From an uncultured Nitrososphaerota archaeon (GTDB taxonomy: Archaea > Thermoproteota > EX4484-205 > JAAOZP01), in assembly GCA_964416155.1 (NCBI GenBank), contig CAYQCW010000007.1, positions 32,001 through 96,000 on the forward strand: a DNA stretch of 64,000 nt, given 5' to 3'. Shown here in pieces: positions 1 through 9,837 of the stretch. A program made the position numbers and the translations under genes. Position 1 is the stretch's first letter, and the number at the start of each line of letters is the position of its first letter. Under the pieces are notes generated by a model. That model saw only the letters and a list, made by a program, of their open reading frames with translations, had not been told where the DNA came from and did no database searches.

Positions 1-434
1 TCCTCAACAATCTCAGCCTTAATCAGGATTAGCTTCTTCACAGGGCAGTCGAACGCTCCAAGCTTCTCAAGAATCCTGATTCTCCGGTTTGAAACAAGCA
101 TGTTGAAGACCACGGGGCATTCAAGGACCCTGCTGCACCCGGCGCGGCAGAAGCTGTTTTCAAGAATCGTGACAGCACCCTCCTTCACCCTGTCTTGTGC
201 GAGAAGGGTCAGCGGTTCCATGCTGATTTCAAACGGCGCGGCCTCGCCGCCTCTCAACGGGCAGTAAACCTTCTCGCCACCCGTCTTCCTAACAATCCTG
301 TACGAGAAGCCTGTGGTTAGCGAGCCGTGGCACCTCTCCCTGGCGCCGCACGATTCACACTCGCATGCTTCACCCATGTAGGTGAAGACTAGGCCCTTTT
401 TCGCAGAAGGGTCCAGGTAGCTGTACTTGCCCAA
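1..434 (-). CDS. UPF0179 family Cys-rich protein, runs off the window edge
   Basis: Manual translation from TTG at 434: MGKYSYLDPSAKKGLVFTYMGEACECESCGARERCHG...YCPL...FDCPVKK; directly follows egsA. Not in the ORF track. Confidence 0.75.
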   Translation of the reverse strand, partial: MGKYSYLDPSAKKGLVFTYMGEACECESCGARERCHGSLTTGFSYRIVRKTGGEKVYCPLRGGEAAPFEISMEPLTLLAQDRVKEGAVTILENSFCRAGCSRVLECPVVFNMLVSNRRIRILEKLGAFDCPVKKLILIKAEIVE

Positions 435-447
435 GGCTGGACACCGG

Positions 448-1518
448 CTATATCACCATCGTGCTTCTGGCAAGCTCCTCCGCAGCCTTCCTCGTCAAAC
501 CCTTATCTCCAAGTATAGTGTATCTTTCAGGCCTTATGGTGTGGGCGAGGATCAGGGCTTTAACAACCTGTTTCTCAGAAACGTTTATCACCCTAGCTGA
601 AACGGGTGCGCCGACTTTCGAAAGCGCGCTCCTTATTCTCAACCAGTCGCCGTCGTGAAGCTTGCTCATCATTATTGTCCCTATTCCAACCTGCTCCCCG
701 TGGAGAGCAGGATAGCCTGCAACATGGTCGAGCGCGTGGCTGAAAAGATGCTCGGAGCCGCTGCACGGCCTGCTGCTTCCAGCTATGCCTATGAGCACCC
801 CGGCGTGTATCAACGCTTCCACGAGTATGCTGGCCCCCTCAAGCCTGTCCCCCGCGATGGTTTCAGCACACTTAACTATTCTCTCCGCGATTGTTTCAGC
901 TAGGCTCGCTGCATACTCGCCGTAGTATTCTCCGCGAAGCGTGTGGGAGAGACGCCAGTCTTTCACAGCCGTATGCTTCGCCACCAGGTCTCCAACCCCG
1001 GCGCCGAAATACCTCGAGGGAGCTGTTGCGAGAATCGAAACATCCCCTATTATTACTGAGGGCGTTATCGTGTTGAACGAGTATCTTCTTCCCCGCCTGG
1101 GCGCTGAGGCCAGGGGGCTTGCAATCCCGTCGTGAGAAGGCACCGTGGGGACGCTTATGAACTCCAGGCTGTTCCTCCAGGCTAGAATCTTGCCCGCGTC
1201 AATAACCCTGCCTCCTCCGAAGCCGACGACAACGCTTTCACCCGGCTTCCTGTCAATCTTGGCGAGATGCTTCTCAAGCTTCAAGGACTCTGTGAAAGCA
1301 TCCGCCTCGCCTATGAGGCTGAGCCTGAAGGAGAGCCTGCTCTCCAAGAGGATTCTCCTAATCTTCTCCCCGAAGAGCCTCATAGGCGTCTTGCTGGTTA
1401 AAACAACGACCCTTTTAGCCCCCAGCTCCCTTATGCTTGAGCCCAGCTCCTCAACAGCATCCCTTCCGAGTATTATGTGTCTCGGCAGCCTAACTGTATG
1501 CCTACTCTTGTCTTTCAA
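448..1518 (-). CDS. egsA: sn-glycerol-1-phosphate dehydrogenase
   Basis: GFGGGRVID, PTVPSHDGIAS, SRPCSGSEHLFSHALD and HGEQV motifs; C-terminal RPERYTIL. Confidence 0.96.
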   Translation of the reverse strand: MKDKSRHTVRLPRHIILGRDAVEELGSSIRELGAKRVVVLTSKTPMRLFGEKIRRILLESRLSFRLSLIGEADAFTESLKLEKHLAKIDRKPGESVVVGFGGGRVIDAGKILAWRNSLEFISVPTVPSHDGIASPLASAPRRGRRYSFNTITPSVIIGDVSILATAPSRYFGAGVGDLVAKHTAVKDWRLSHTLRGEYYGEYAASLAETIAERIVKCAETIAGDRLEGASILVEALIHAGVLIGIAGSSRPCSGSEHLFSHALDHVAGYPALHGEQVGIGTIMMSKLHDGDWLRIRSALSKVGAPVSARVINVSEKQVVKALILAHTIRPERYTILGDKGLTRKAAEELARSTMVI

Positions 1519-1616
1519 GGTGTTGAGACGAATAGGGGAAAGATTTATCTTTAAGCCTTTCCCTACTTGGGACGGTTCGGGTTCTAGAGGTGTTTAGAAG
1601 GTTGGCAAGCATTAAT

Positions 1617-2261
1617 ATGAGAACAGGCAGAACGGGGATAGTCGACCCTCTCTGGGGCACTACTACGGTTGGAATATCCTGCACGGACGGCGTTGTCCTG
1701 GCTTCAGACACTAGGGTTGTTCAAGGATACTATTTTATCGCTCATAAACGCGGAAAGAAGATTCTGAAGATAGATGACTATATTGCTGCAACTATTTCCG
1801 GCGGAGTTGCCGACGCGCAGGCCCTCATAAGCTCGCTGCAGTGGGAGGCGAGGTCGTACAAGCTTGAGAGAGGGGTCAACATGCCTGTTAAGGCGGCTGC
1901 GAACATTGCTTCAATAATCCTCTCGTCGACGCGCATTGCACCCCTCTACATTCAGCTGATAATAGGCGGCTACGATAGAGAGGGGACCAGCCTATATGTG
2001 CTGGACCCGCTCGGAGGCTTTTCGAAAGAGGTTTTCGTAGGATCAGGGTCAGGCTCCCCTGTTGCACTAGGATACCTTGAGGCTGAGCTCAAGCCCCCGG
2101 TTAGCGTTGAGAACGCTATACCAATCGCGATTAAATCTATTCTCGCAGCAATGCAGAGGGACACTGCCACCGGCAACGATTTTGAAGTCATGGTTGTCGA
2201 CTCGAAAGGGTGCAGGGAGCTATCGCCCGAGGAGAAGACAAGGTTGACCGGTTTAAGATGA
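1617..2261 (+). CDS. psmB: Proteasome beta subunit
   Basis: Propeptide then G|TTTVG nucleophile; ASDTR, GSGS and RDTATG motifs. Start set at ATG 1617 (track start 1590). Confidence 0.95.
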   Translation: MRTGRTGIVDPLWGTTTVGISCTDGVVLASDTRVVQGYYFIAHKRGKKILKIDDYIAATISGGVADAQALISSLQWEARSYKLERGVNMPVKAAANIASIILSSTRIAPLYIQLIIGGYDREGTSLYVLDPLGGFSKEVFVGSGSGSPVALGYLEAELKPPVSVENAIPIAIKSILAAMQRDTATGNDFEVMVVDSKGCRELSPEEKTRLTGLR

Positions 2262-4159
2262 GCGCAGAGAAAGACATAAGGGAAGTAATCTTCGAGAAAA
2301 TACCTAGAGAGGCCCAGATAGTCGGCATAGAGATGGAGGGGCCTGCGATAGCCGTCTACGTTGAGAACCCGGGCTTCCTGGTGAGTGGGCAGCAGGTTCT
2401 GGCGGAGGTTGCTAAGCAGCTTAGGAAAAGGATTGTCGTAAGGACGGCTGTTAAAGCGAGGAAGCCGAAAGACGAGGCTGAGAAAACCATCAAGCAGCTG
2501 GTTCCCAAGAAGGCCGGCGTGGAGGCTGTTGTTTTCAACGATGTTTTCGGCGAGGTTCTGGTTTCAGTCAGACATCCGGATGCCGTCGAGGAGCTCGGGG
2601 AGAAGATTCTTAACGATATTATGGTTGAAACAGGCTGGAAGCCAAGCATCATAAGAATACCCCCGCTCAGCACAACAGTCATACCGCAGGTCATGTATGT
2701 TTTCAACCAGAACGCTGAGGAGAGGTTCAGGATTCTCAGGGAGATCGGTGAAAGAATATTCAGGAAACCCTTGTTTAAGACTGAAAACATTACTCTAACT
2801 TTTCTAGGAGGCGCTGAGCAGGTTGGGAGGTCCAGCATTCTTGTTTCAACAGATGAGAGTAATGTTCTCATGGATTTCGGGATAAACCCTGCTGCAAGCT
2901 CCTATTCTGATTCTTTCCCAAGGATCGACAGGATACCGATCTCCGTTGAAAACATAGATGCTGTCGTGGTTTCCCACGCTCACCTGGACCACATGGGCGG
3001 GCTTCCCCTGCTCTTCAAATACGGATACCATGGCCCAGTCTACATGACTGAGCCCACAGTATACTTGATGTTCCTACTGCTCAACGACCTTTACGATGTT
3101 CTTCAGAAGAATGGCGTCACACCCTTCTTCGAGCTTAAGGATCTCAGGACTATTCTGCAGCACACGATTCCGGTGAAGTTCGGCGTGGTTGTCGACGTCG
3201 CCCCGGATATTAAGCTGACCTTCAGGAACGCTGGCCACATATTGGGCTCCGCGATAATTCATCTTCACATCGGCGAAGGGCTTCACAACATTGTCTTCAC
3301 GGGAGACTTGAAGTACGACCGCTCCATACTGCTCGAGCATGCTTCAACAATGTTTCCCAGGGTTGAGACGCTGATAACGGAGTGCACCTACGGCGGTGTG
3401 AACGACACGATGCCCCCTAGGGAGGAGGTTGAGAACAGGCTTGTCTCCCTTGTTAACTCTACGCTGGAGAAGAATGGGAATGTTCTCATCCCTACGCTCG
3501 CCGTGGGGAGAGCCCAAGAAATAATGCTTGTCCTAGACAACGCTATAAGGAGCAAGAAGATCCCCGAGGTGCCAATATATGTGGACGGCATGATCTCGGA
3601 GGTAACTGCGATACACGCCTCATTCCCAAACTATCTATCCAAGGATCTCAGGGAGACGATGAACAACGGTGTCAATCCGTTTAAATCCGAATACGTGATC
3701 CCGGTTAAAAACTCGATTCCAAGAGAGGAAATAACGGAGGCAAGGCGCAACATAATCCTTTCCCCCTCAGGAATGCTTGAAGGAGGCCCGGTGATAGAGT
3801 ATTTTAAGCTGATCGCCCCGCAGGAGAACTCCATGGTGATATTCGTAAACTACCAGATAGAGGGGACTCTTGGAAACAGGGTTTTAAACGGGCTTAAGGA
3901 GCTTACGATGCAGAACGCTAACGGCAGGGTTGAAGCAATAACCATAAAAAGCGCTGTGGAGAGAGTTGACGGTTTCTCAGGCCACTCCGACAGGAACCAG
4001 ATACTGAACTACGTTAGGAGGGTCTACACTAAAAGGGGTCCCCTGTTTCTAGTCCACGGGGAGGCTAAGAAGATCCAGAACATGAAGAAGCTTTTAAACA
4101 GGACGTATGGGGAGAACGTTTACTCGCCCAGGCTTCTTGAAACCTACAGGGCTCTTTAA
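2258..4159 (+). CDS. fttA: KH-domain beta-CASP ribonuclease aCPSF1 / termination factor FttA
   Basis: N-terminal KH region, VGRS, SHAHLDH, AGHILGS, FSGHSD, VHGE; usual position after psmB. ATG 2258 overlaps the psmB stop. Confidence 0.95.
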   Translation: MSAEKDIREVIFEKIPREAQIVGIEMEGPAIAVYVENPGFLVSGQQVLAEVAKQLRKRIVVRTAVKARKPKDEAEKTIKQLVPKKAGVEAVVFNDVFGEVLVSVRHPDAVEELGEKILNDIMVETGWKPSIIRIPPLSTTVIPQVMYVFNQNAEERFRILREIGERIFRKPLFKTENITLTFLGGAEQVGRSSILVSTDESNVLMDFGINPAASSYSDSFPRIDRIPISVENIDAVVVSHAHLDHMGGLPLLFKYGYHGPVYMTEPTVYLMFLLLNDLYDVLQKNGVTPFFELKDLRTILQHTIPVKFGVVVDVAPDIKLTFRNAGHILGSAIIHLHIGEGLHNIVFTGDLKYDRSILLEHASTMFPRVETLITECTYGGVNDTMPPREEVENRLVSLVNSTLEKNGNVLIPTLAVGRAQEIMLVLDNAIRSKKIPEVPIYVDGMISEVTAIHASFPNYLSKDLRETMNNGVNPFKSEYVIPVKNSIPREEITEARRNIILSPSGMLEGGPVIEYFKLIAPQENSMVIFVNYQIEGTLGNRVLNGLKELTMQNANGRVEAITIKSAVERVDGFSGHSDRNQILNYVRRVYTKRGPLFLVHGEAKKIQNMKKLLNRTYGENVYSPRLLETYRAL

Positions 4160-4256
4160 ACAGTTCTTCGCTAATCATGCTTTCAAGCCTGGGGCCTGTT
4201 CCCCACCTTTTGGCTGGAAAAGTATTTATTTAAGCTTCCCGCGGAATCCTTGAGAA

Positions 4257-4505
4257 TTGTCCGCGGATACTACGATGGAGCTGCTTCAAGCATCCCTGGG
4301 TAAGAGCATAATAGTGAAGCTCAGGGGAGGGGCGAAGATACGTGGAATCCTAGACGGGTATGATCCTCATCTGAACATCGTTCTTTCCAGCGCTGAGGAG
4401 CTCAAGGGGAACGAGACGACTAGGCTTGGACTGATCGTGATAAGGGGGGACAACGTTATCCTGATCTCCCCCCCGATAGAGTATAAGCCTGAGGGGAAGG
4501 AGTAG
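4257..4505 (+). CDS. Sm-like (LSm) protein
   Basis: Sm1 GILDGYDPHLNIVL and Sm2 IRGDNVILISP; upstream of L37e as usual. Confidence 0.95.
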   Translation: MSADTTMELLQASLGKSIIVKLRGGAKIRGILDGYDPHLNIVLSSAEELKGNETTRLGLIVIRGDNVILISPPIEYKPEGKE

Positions 4506-4511
4506 AGGGAA

Positions 4512-4712
4512 ATGGGCAAGACCTCGGCGGGGACAACGGCCTTCGGAAGACTCCATAAGAAGTCAACTCACAAGATATGCAGGAGATGTGGAAGAAGGTC
4601 TTTCAACATTAGGAAGAAGTATTGCGCGGCATGCGGCTTCGGCAGGAGCCCGAGGATAAGAAGATACTCTTGGCAGAACAAGAAGCTGCAGAGGATCGTG
4701 AGAGTTGTCTAG
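4512..4712 (+). CDS. rpl37e: 50S ribosomal protein L37e
   Basis: GTTAFG...[12 protein letters not shown]...[10 protein letters not shown] zinc finger. Confidence 0.97.
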   Translation: MGKTSAGTTAFGRLHKKSTHKICRRCGRRSFNIRKKYCAACGFGRSPRIRRYSWQNKKLQRIVRVV

Positions 4713-4715
4713 GAT

Positions 4716-5354
4716 TTGACTGTTGATTTAAATAGTAGGATAAGCCTCCTCATCAAAGAGTCTTACGAGTATTTGAAGAGGCAGGAGGACGTTAAGTACG
4801 ACCTGCTGAGAAGCATAAGCAGCATTGTGAAGAAGTGTAGAAGCTCCGTTAAAGCATCCTACGCGCACGATTTCAAGGCTTCGAGAAGAATACTGGACGG
4901 CGTGCAGCAAGACATAGCGAGGCTCGTTAAGACTGCTTACCGGGAGGGAGTCTGGGAAACATGGCCACCAATAGTGCAGACATACCAGGAGTTTCTCGAG
5001 GCGGTTCTAGTATACTGGTTCACATCCGGCAGGGAGTATAGGCTAAGGGTTAAGCCTCCACCGGCTTCAATACTCTACGCTATCTCAGACTTTATAGGAG
5101 AGTTGAAGAGACTCATGCTCGAGCATCTTAGGAGGGGTGAGTTGAGGGAGGCTGAGGAAACCTACAGGATTATGGGTCAGCTTTATGAGAACGTTTCAAC
5201 GATCGCGCTCGGAGACTCGGCGCTGCCCGGCTTCAAGAGGAAGATAGATGTTAACAGGTCTTCGGTGGAGTCTGCCTTCTCGATTCTGAACGAGGAGCTC
5301 CGTAGAAGAGCATTCCTGTCGTCAATGGAAGAATACTTTGAGAAGCTCCGCTGA
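4716..5354 (+). CDS. Translin/C3PO family protein
   Basis: QEFLEA and SDFIGELKR motifs; FKRKID near the C-terminus. Confidence 0.85.
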   Translation: MTVDLNSRISLLIKESYEYLKRQEDVKYDLLRSISSIVKKCRSSVKASYAHDFKASRRILDGVQQDIARLVKTAYREGVWETWPPIVQTYQEFLEAVLVYWFTSGREYRLRVKPPPASILYAISDFIGELKRLMLEHLRRGELREAEETYRIMGQLYENVSTIALGDSALPGFKRKIDVNRSSVESAFSILNEELRRRAFLSSMEEYFEKLR

Positions 5355-6000
5355 CACGCTTGAAACATGGGAGGGCCTGAAACTGGATCAGGCTCTTTAC
5401 GAGAGGCTTTGCGAAACCCAGAGACTCATCTCTAAAAGGGTTGTTGTCTCAGAAGAGCATTGTGAAAGGGTTGAAAAGGTTGCTGGCGTCGACGCTTCCT
5501 ACTGTGGAGACTCAGCCTTCGTAGGCTTCACGGTTTTCAGCATCCCGGAGAACAGGATAATCCTTGTAAGCGTTTCGACGGCCCGTTCAAGAATGCCTTA
5601 TTTTTCCTCGCTCCTATGCTTCAGAGAGGGGCCGGTTATCCTACCTATTCTTAGAAGGTTTCTTACTGAGTATGACGTGCTTCTGGTTAACGGCCATGGG
5701 CTCGCCCACCCGAGGAAATGCGGCTTAGCCACATACCTTGGAGTACTGCTTAACAAGCCCACCATAGGGGTTGCTAGAAAACCCTTGGGGAGGCTTGACG
5801 AGGAGCATAACGTTAACCATTTAAGAGAGTTCGGAGACAGGTTTTACTACAGCGTGGGAAACATGATGACTCTTGAAGGAGCGTTCAACGTGCTTAGGAG
5901 GATCACCCTGAAGAACAGGGGCCTCCCAATACCTCTTGAGACAGCACACTCGTTCTCGAGAAAAACGTTAACGCTGGTGGCTGGTGATGAAAGAGTATAG
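5338..6000 (+). CDS. nfi: Endonuclease V family protein (third catalytic Asp appears as Asn)
   Basis: AGVDASY, PYFS..FREGP, VNGHGLAHPR, PTIGVARK, SVGN and C-terminal AH. Start uncertain. Confidence 0.88.
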   Translation: MRSSADTLETWEGLKLDQALYERLCETQRLISKRVVVSEEHCERVEKVAGVDASYCGDSAFVGFTVFSIPENRIILVSVSTARSRMPYFSSLLCFREGPVILPILRRFLTEYDVLLVNGHGLAHPRKCGLATYLGVLLNKPTIGVARKPLGRLDEEHNVNHLREFGDRFYYSVGNMMTLEGAFNVLRRITLKNRGLPIPLETAHSFSRKTLTLVAGDERV

Positions 6001-6673
6001 AAAGATGTTCATGCTGATCGCCATCGCGAAGCTCGCCGGCGAGGAGAAGACGCCTGTTTCAACAAGAAGGCTCTCCAAGGCTACTGGTGTTTCGCATCAG
6101 TCCGCCTCCAGGTATCTCAGGGAGCTTGAGAAAGAAGGCCTTGTTGAAACCGTGATGACGCCAAGAGGACGGGTGATAAAGCTTTCAAGCAGAGGGTTGA
6201 ACCAGATTAAGCTTCACGCGGGTACAATCCTATCCTTGATAAACATGGTTGACAAGACCTATGTTTTCACAGGGAAGGTTTTCACAGGGCTCGGTGAGGG
6301 AGCATACTATGTTTCCAGGAAGCCTTATCTCGAACAGTTCTACTCTAAGCTCGGCTTCTACCCTTACCTTGGCACGCTTAACCTGAGAATAGAGCAGTAC
6401 ATGGATCAGCTTCTGCTCATCGAGAAAATGTCTAAGCCGCCGGTCTTCATTCAGGGCTTTACAAACCATGAGAGAACATTTGGAGACGGGTATTGCTACC
6501 CGGTTATCGTGGGCAATAATTACGAGGGCGCCATAGTTAAGGCTTTGAGAACAGTTTACGACAGTTCAGTGGTTGAAATAATCTCGCCCCACAACCTCAG
6601 GAAGGAGCTGAAGCTTAAGGACGGGGACACTGTAACCTTCACTTTCAAAAACGTGGAAACAGGAGGAAGGTAG
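5984..6673 (+). CDS. ribK: HTH-fused CTP-dependent riboflavin kinase (RbkR-like)
   Basis: N-terminal winged HTH; GKVFTGLGEGAYY, PYLGTLN, VVEIISPHNLR. Confidence 0.93.
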   Translation: MMKEYRKMFMLIAIAKLAGEEKTPVSTRRLSKATGVSHQSASRYLRELEKEGLVETVMTPRGRVIKLSSRGLNQIKLHAGTILSLINMVDKTYVFTGKVFTGLGEGAYYVSRKPYLEQFYSKLGFYPYLGTLNLRIEQYMDQLLLIEKMSKPPVFIQGFTNHERTFGDGYCYPVIVGNNYEGAIVKALRTVYDSSVVEIISPHNLRKELKLKDGDTVTFTFKNVETGGR

Positions 6674-6693
6674 GAAGCGGAGAAAAGCCTAAA

Positions 6694-7146
6694 CTATGTT
6701 CCCCTAATCTTCTCAATCTTCTCAATAATCTTGCTCGAGCTAGTGTCGAAAAACTTCCTCATTTTAACAGTCTTGATTTCAAGCCCAAGCCTTTTCAAAA
6801 CCCTTTGAGTCCTTCTCATAATGTTTGTCTGATCGTAGCCGAAAACAATAACATCCGGCTTAAGCCTCTTCAGAAACCACTCAATATTCTTCTCAATATC
6901 ACCTCTTCTCCCAATGTAAACCCCGTCAACAGGCTTAAGCTTGGAAACCATGAAAGCCCGGTCCCTAGCCCTGAACATTGGGCTCCTACCCTTATTGTCC
7001 TTAACCACGCTGTCGCATGCAACAATAACGAGAAGCCTGCCGTCCTCACCCGCCAGACGCTTAGCCTCCTCCAGAAACCTTATGTGACCCGGGTGAATAA
7101 TGTCGAAAACACCCGTGGTAAGCACAACAACGCTCCTCCTTCTCAT
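6694..7146 (-). CDS. ribL: FAD synthase (cytidylyltransferase-like)
   Basis: GVFDIIHPGH (HxGH), KPD...GYDQ, SSSKI; next to ribK. Confidence 0.85.
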   Translation of the reverse strand: MRRRSVVVLTTGVFDIIHPGHIRFLEEAKRLAGEDGRLLVIVACDSVVKDNKGRSPMFRARDRAFMVSKLKPVDGVYIGRRGDIEKNIEWFLKRLKPDVIVFGYDQTNIMRRTQRVLKRLGLEIKTVKMRKFFDTSSSKIIEKIEKIRGT

Positions 7147-7307
7147 GACGAGGCCTCCGCCCTAAGGGTGGGCAGCATGGTTAAAAATTTTTAAAACCCC
7201 TGCTTAAAGAATAGTGCCTACAGAGCCGGTTTGGCACGCGCTAACAGATGAACAAAGAATGATGCAAAAGTTTCCTCCCGCCCCATACAACGCTTAAATA
7301 CTTGAAG

Positions 7308-7321
7308 GAAATATTTTTATA
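7308..7321 (+). promoter_or_regulatory. TATA box of tRNA-Lys(CTT)
   Basis: TTTTTATA at 7314-7321, about 30 nt before tRNA G1 (7346). Confidence 0.6.
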
Positions 7322-7345
7322 CCCTGTTGTAGCGGAAACTCCTGT

Positions 7346-7473
7346 GGGCCCGTAGCTCAGACGAGAAAAGTTTAAATATGTCTTGAAGCGTGTGCCACGC
7401 GCGGCTCGGAGCAGCATGGTAGAGCAGCAGGCTCTTAACCTGAGGGTCGAGGGTTCAAATCCCTCCGGGCCCG
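7346..7473 (+). tRNA. tRNA-Lys(CTT) with a 54-nt intron at 15/16 (7361-7414)
   Basis: Acceptor GGGCCCG/CGGGCCC, anticodon CTT at 7434-7436, T-loop TTCAAAT; BHB central helix GCTC/GAGC with intron stem CGAG/CTCG. Confidence 0.95.
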
Positions 7474-7679
7474 CATTGCAAAATTAAAACGTTAAACAAA
7501 GCGCGCATATTTCACACGCTCGCTGAAAGCTTAAGCACATGCCGTTGTGATAAATAGTGTAAGGATAAAAATGGAGGGAAAACACGCTTGTCTCTAGCAT
7601 GCTTGGGTAGAGGGCATGCTCATCCTGTGGTTATTTTTTTTCTTCGCAGCCTCAACAAGCTTCTGGATGGTTTCGAGCG

Positions 7680-8196
7680 ATGGTGACTTGTCCTTTAACA
7701 CTTTTCTCAGGTTTTCATGTAATTCTTTCGGGTCTGACTGCGCGAGTTTCTCGAATCATGATGATTTTACGTCTAGCGCACGCTATGGGGTTCGTTTCCT
7801 TCGCGATGCCCGCCAGGGAGCTCTTTGAGGACAATGTTCTGGGCGACCTCTTGCCCAGCACCCTGATGAGTCTGAAATACTTTTCTAAGAAGACTAAAAC
7901 GGATTTCGAGCTGCTAATCTATGGCATTGGCCATAGGCTTAAGTACAGGGGAATAAATAGCTATAGCAATCTCTCATGGTTCCTAGAGGCCAAACACGGA
8001 TGCTATTTTAAGGATGGCTGGTCGTACGACCTTAGAGATCCTGAAATCAGGTTTGAAGAATGTGATTGCGAGGTCTGCAAAGGGTTAATGCCCCAGGAAA
8101 TTATTGACCTGATGTTCAGCGACAAGGAGCTCGGTCAAGACGCTTATCCTCCACAACCTGCTCGACATGAAGGGGGCTTTATCGAGGAGGAAATAG
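7680..8196 (+). pseudogene. tRNA-guanine transglycosylase (TGT/DpdA-like) C-terminal relic, frameshifted
   Basis: CDCEVC followed, after a frameshift near 8138, by TLILHNLL (CxCxxC...H zinc site); N-terminal barrel missing. Confidence 0.65.
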
Positions 8197-8418
8197 ATGG
8201 GTGGAGGTTCGAGGGTAAAGCAGTACCAGAGAAGGTTCTTCGAGGGGGAGCAGGGAAGGGAAGAAAAGGAGGAAGAAGCCTTCCATGTTGTAAGGACCTT
8301 CGGAGAGTATGAGATCCGCGGGGCGGAGAGTGTGGATATGAGCTTCTTAAAGGAGGCGAAGTTATTGGAATCTTTTCTCAAGCCAAGGTTGAAGAAGACA
8401 GAGTTGCCTTCAAGCTGA
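8197..8418 (+). CDS. Hypothetical protein (island)
   Basis: ATG abuts the TGT-relic stop; no recognisable motif. Confidence 0.35.
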   Translation: MGGGSRVKQYQRRFFEGEQGREEKEEEAFHVVRTFGEYEIRGAESVDMSFLKEAKLLESFLKPRLKKTELPSS

Positions 8419-8429
8419 GTCACGGGATG

Positions 8430-9135
8430 AACTTGGAGGTATCTGGAAAAAGGAGTTAGAGAAATACTTACTCCAGCAAAAGCAGAGTTATGCGGCTTAA
8501 TAGCTGCAGACGGTACTATTTGTAAATATCGAGGAGAGAAAGGACAAGGCGGCGGGTACGAGGTCTCTAACAAGTGTAAACCACGAACTCGAGGTTTTCA
8601 AGGAATTATTCGGAGATACTTATAAGTATGACTTTCCACGAACATATTAAACATCATAAAACGAACGAAGGAAGGAGAAAAGGAGCATTATCATGTAGCA
8701 ACGTATAATAGGAAAGTAGCCTATGATCTATGGAGCTTCATTAAGGGACCAGACCCCTATGAATTCCACCCGCCTATACAGTACCTTGACGATGAAGGCA
8801 AGAGGGCTTATCTAATGGGTTTCTTTTCCGGAGACGGTAATGTCTCTATGACTAAAGAAGGCGGGCATGCCATCCGAATCTATTCGTCTTATAAGGAAGG
8901 GCTAAAGGAATTAAAAGAAATGTTTGAAGATTTAGGATTCCATCCGAGCGAAATTCATGAGCAACATGAGAAGCCCACTCTTGGACGACATAGGAAAGAA
9001 TATAACTACTATTTCAGTATTCCAGAAGAAGATCACCTGAGGTTCATGGAGGTAGGATCAGAAAAGTTGGGGCATAAAAGAAAGTTTGAACTAATAAAGC
9101 TAATAAATGGAAGAAAGAAAAAGGAGGAGGATTAG
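8430..9135 (+). pseudogene. Double-motif LAGLIDADG endonuclease, frameshifted
   Basis: ELCGLIAADG (about 8486-8515) and AYLMGFFSGDG (about 8806-8838) in broken frames; no intein terminal motif. Confidence 0.75.
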
Positions 9136-9140
9136 TTAGA

Positions 9141-9738
9141 ATGACACCTATGGCCGCTACTCTTTGGGTGTGGGGTGATGATTTTGACCATGTTAGGAAG
9201 AATTGTGAAAAGTATGTGAGCAAAAAGTGGAAAGAGAACATAAAGGAATGCAGTATAGAGATCTCCGCCAGAAGGAGGGACGAGGGTATTTGTTACTATA
9301 TTGTTGTCTATACAAGTAACCTCCAAAGCATTGGAGACTTGGCCGAAGGCTTATTCGATTCTTTCGAGTGAAGAAGTATATCGAAAATCTATGGAAGAAG
9401 TGGAAAAAGAGCTTAGGGAACGAGAGGGAGGCATCGTTGAAAAATTTAGCGAAGAGCCGGGGGTGAAGTCTGTGGTGCAAGGGCGAAAGATCGTGTTTAT
9501 TCCTCAAACCAGTCTTCTCTGCGAATTGAGCTCGAAAATCGCGAATAAGACAGTGATAGAGGTGGTGCATGAGGATTTCTCACCTATGAAGGATTTATTA
9601 CATTCTTTAAGCAACAGGATGATTGAAAGAGGATTAGCGGAACAAATTTTGGGCTATGATTGGTGGAAAGGCGTTAACGACCTTAAGATTGGAGACATGG
9701 ACATACGGGAAGACAAGGTTCTAGTATGGCTCATCTAA
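9141..9738 (+). pseudogene. Hypothetical protein, probably one frameshifted gene (ORFs 9141-9371 and 9301-9738)
   Basis: RBS-like AGGAGG upstream; two overlapping frames switching near 9360; stop abuts the tRNA-Leu 3' end. Confidence 0.45.
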
Positions 9739-9739
9739 G

Positions 9740-9837
9740 TGCGGGGGGTGGGATTTGAACCCACGAACCCCTTCGGGAAGAGGTCTCTCCCCGAGGTCTT
9801 GAGCCTCCCGCCTTTGGCCTGGCTTGGCGACCCCCGC
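9740..9837 (-). tRNA. tRNA-Leu(CAA) with a 13-nt intron at 37/38 (9785-9797)
   Basis: Acceptor GCGGGGG/CCCCCGC, long variable arm, anticodon CAA at 9801-9799, T-loop TTCAAAT. Confidence 0.93.
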
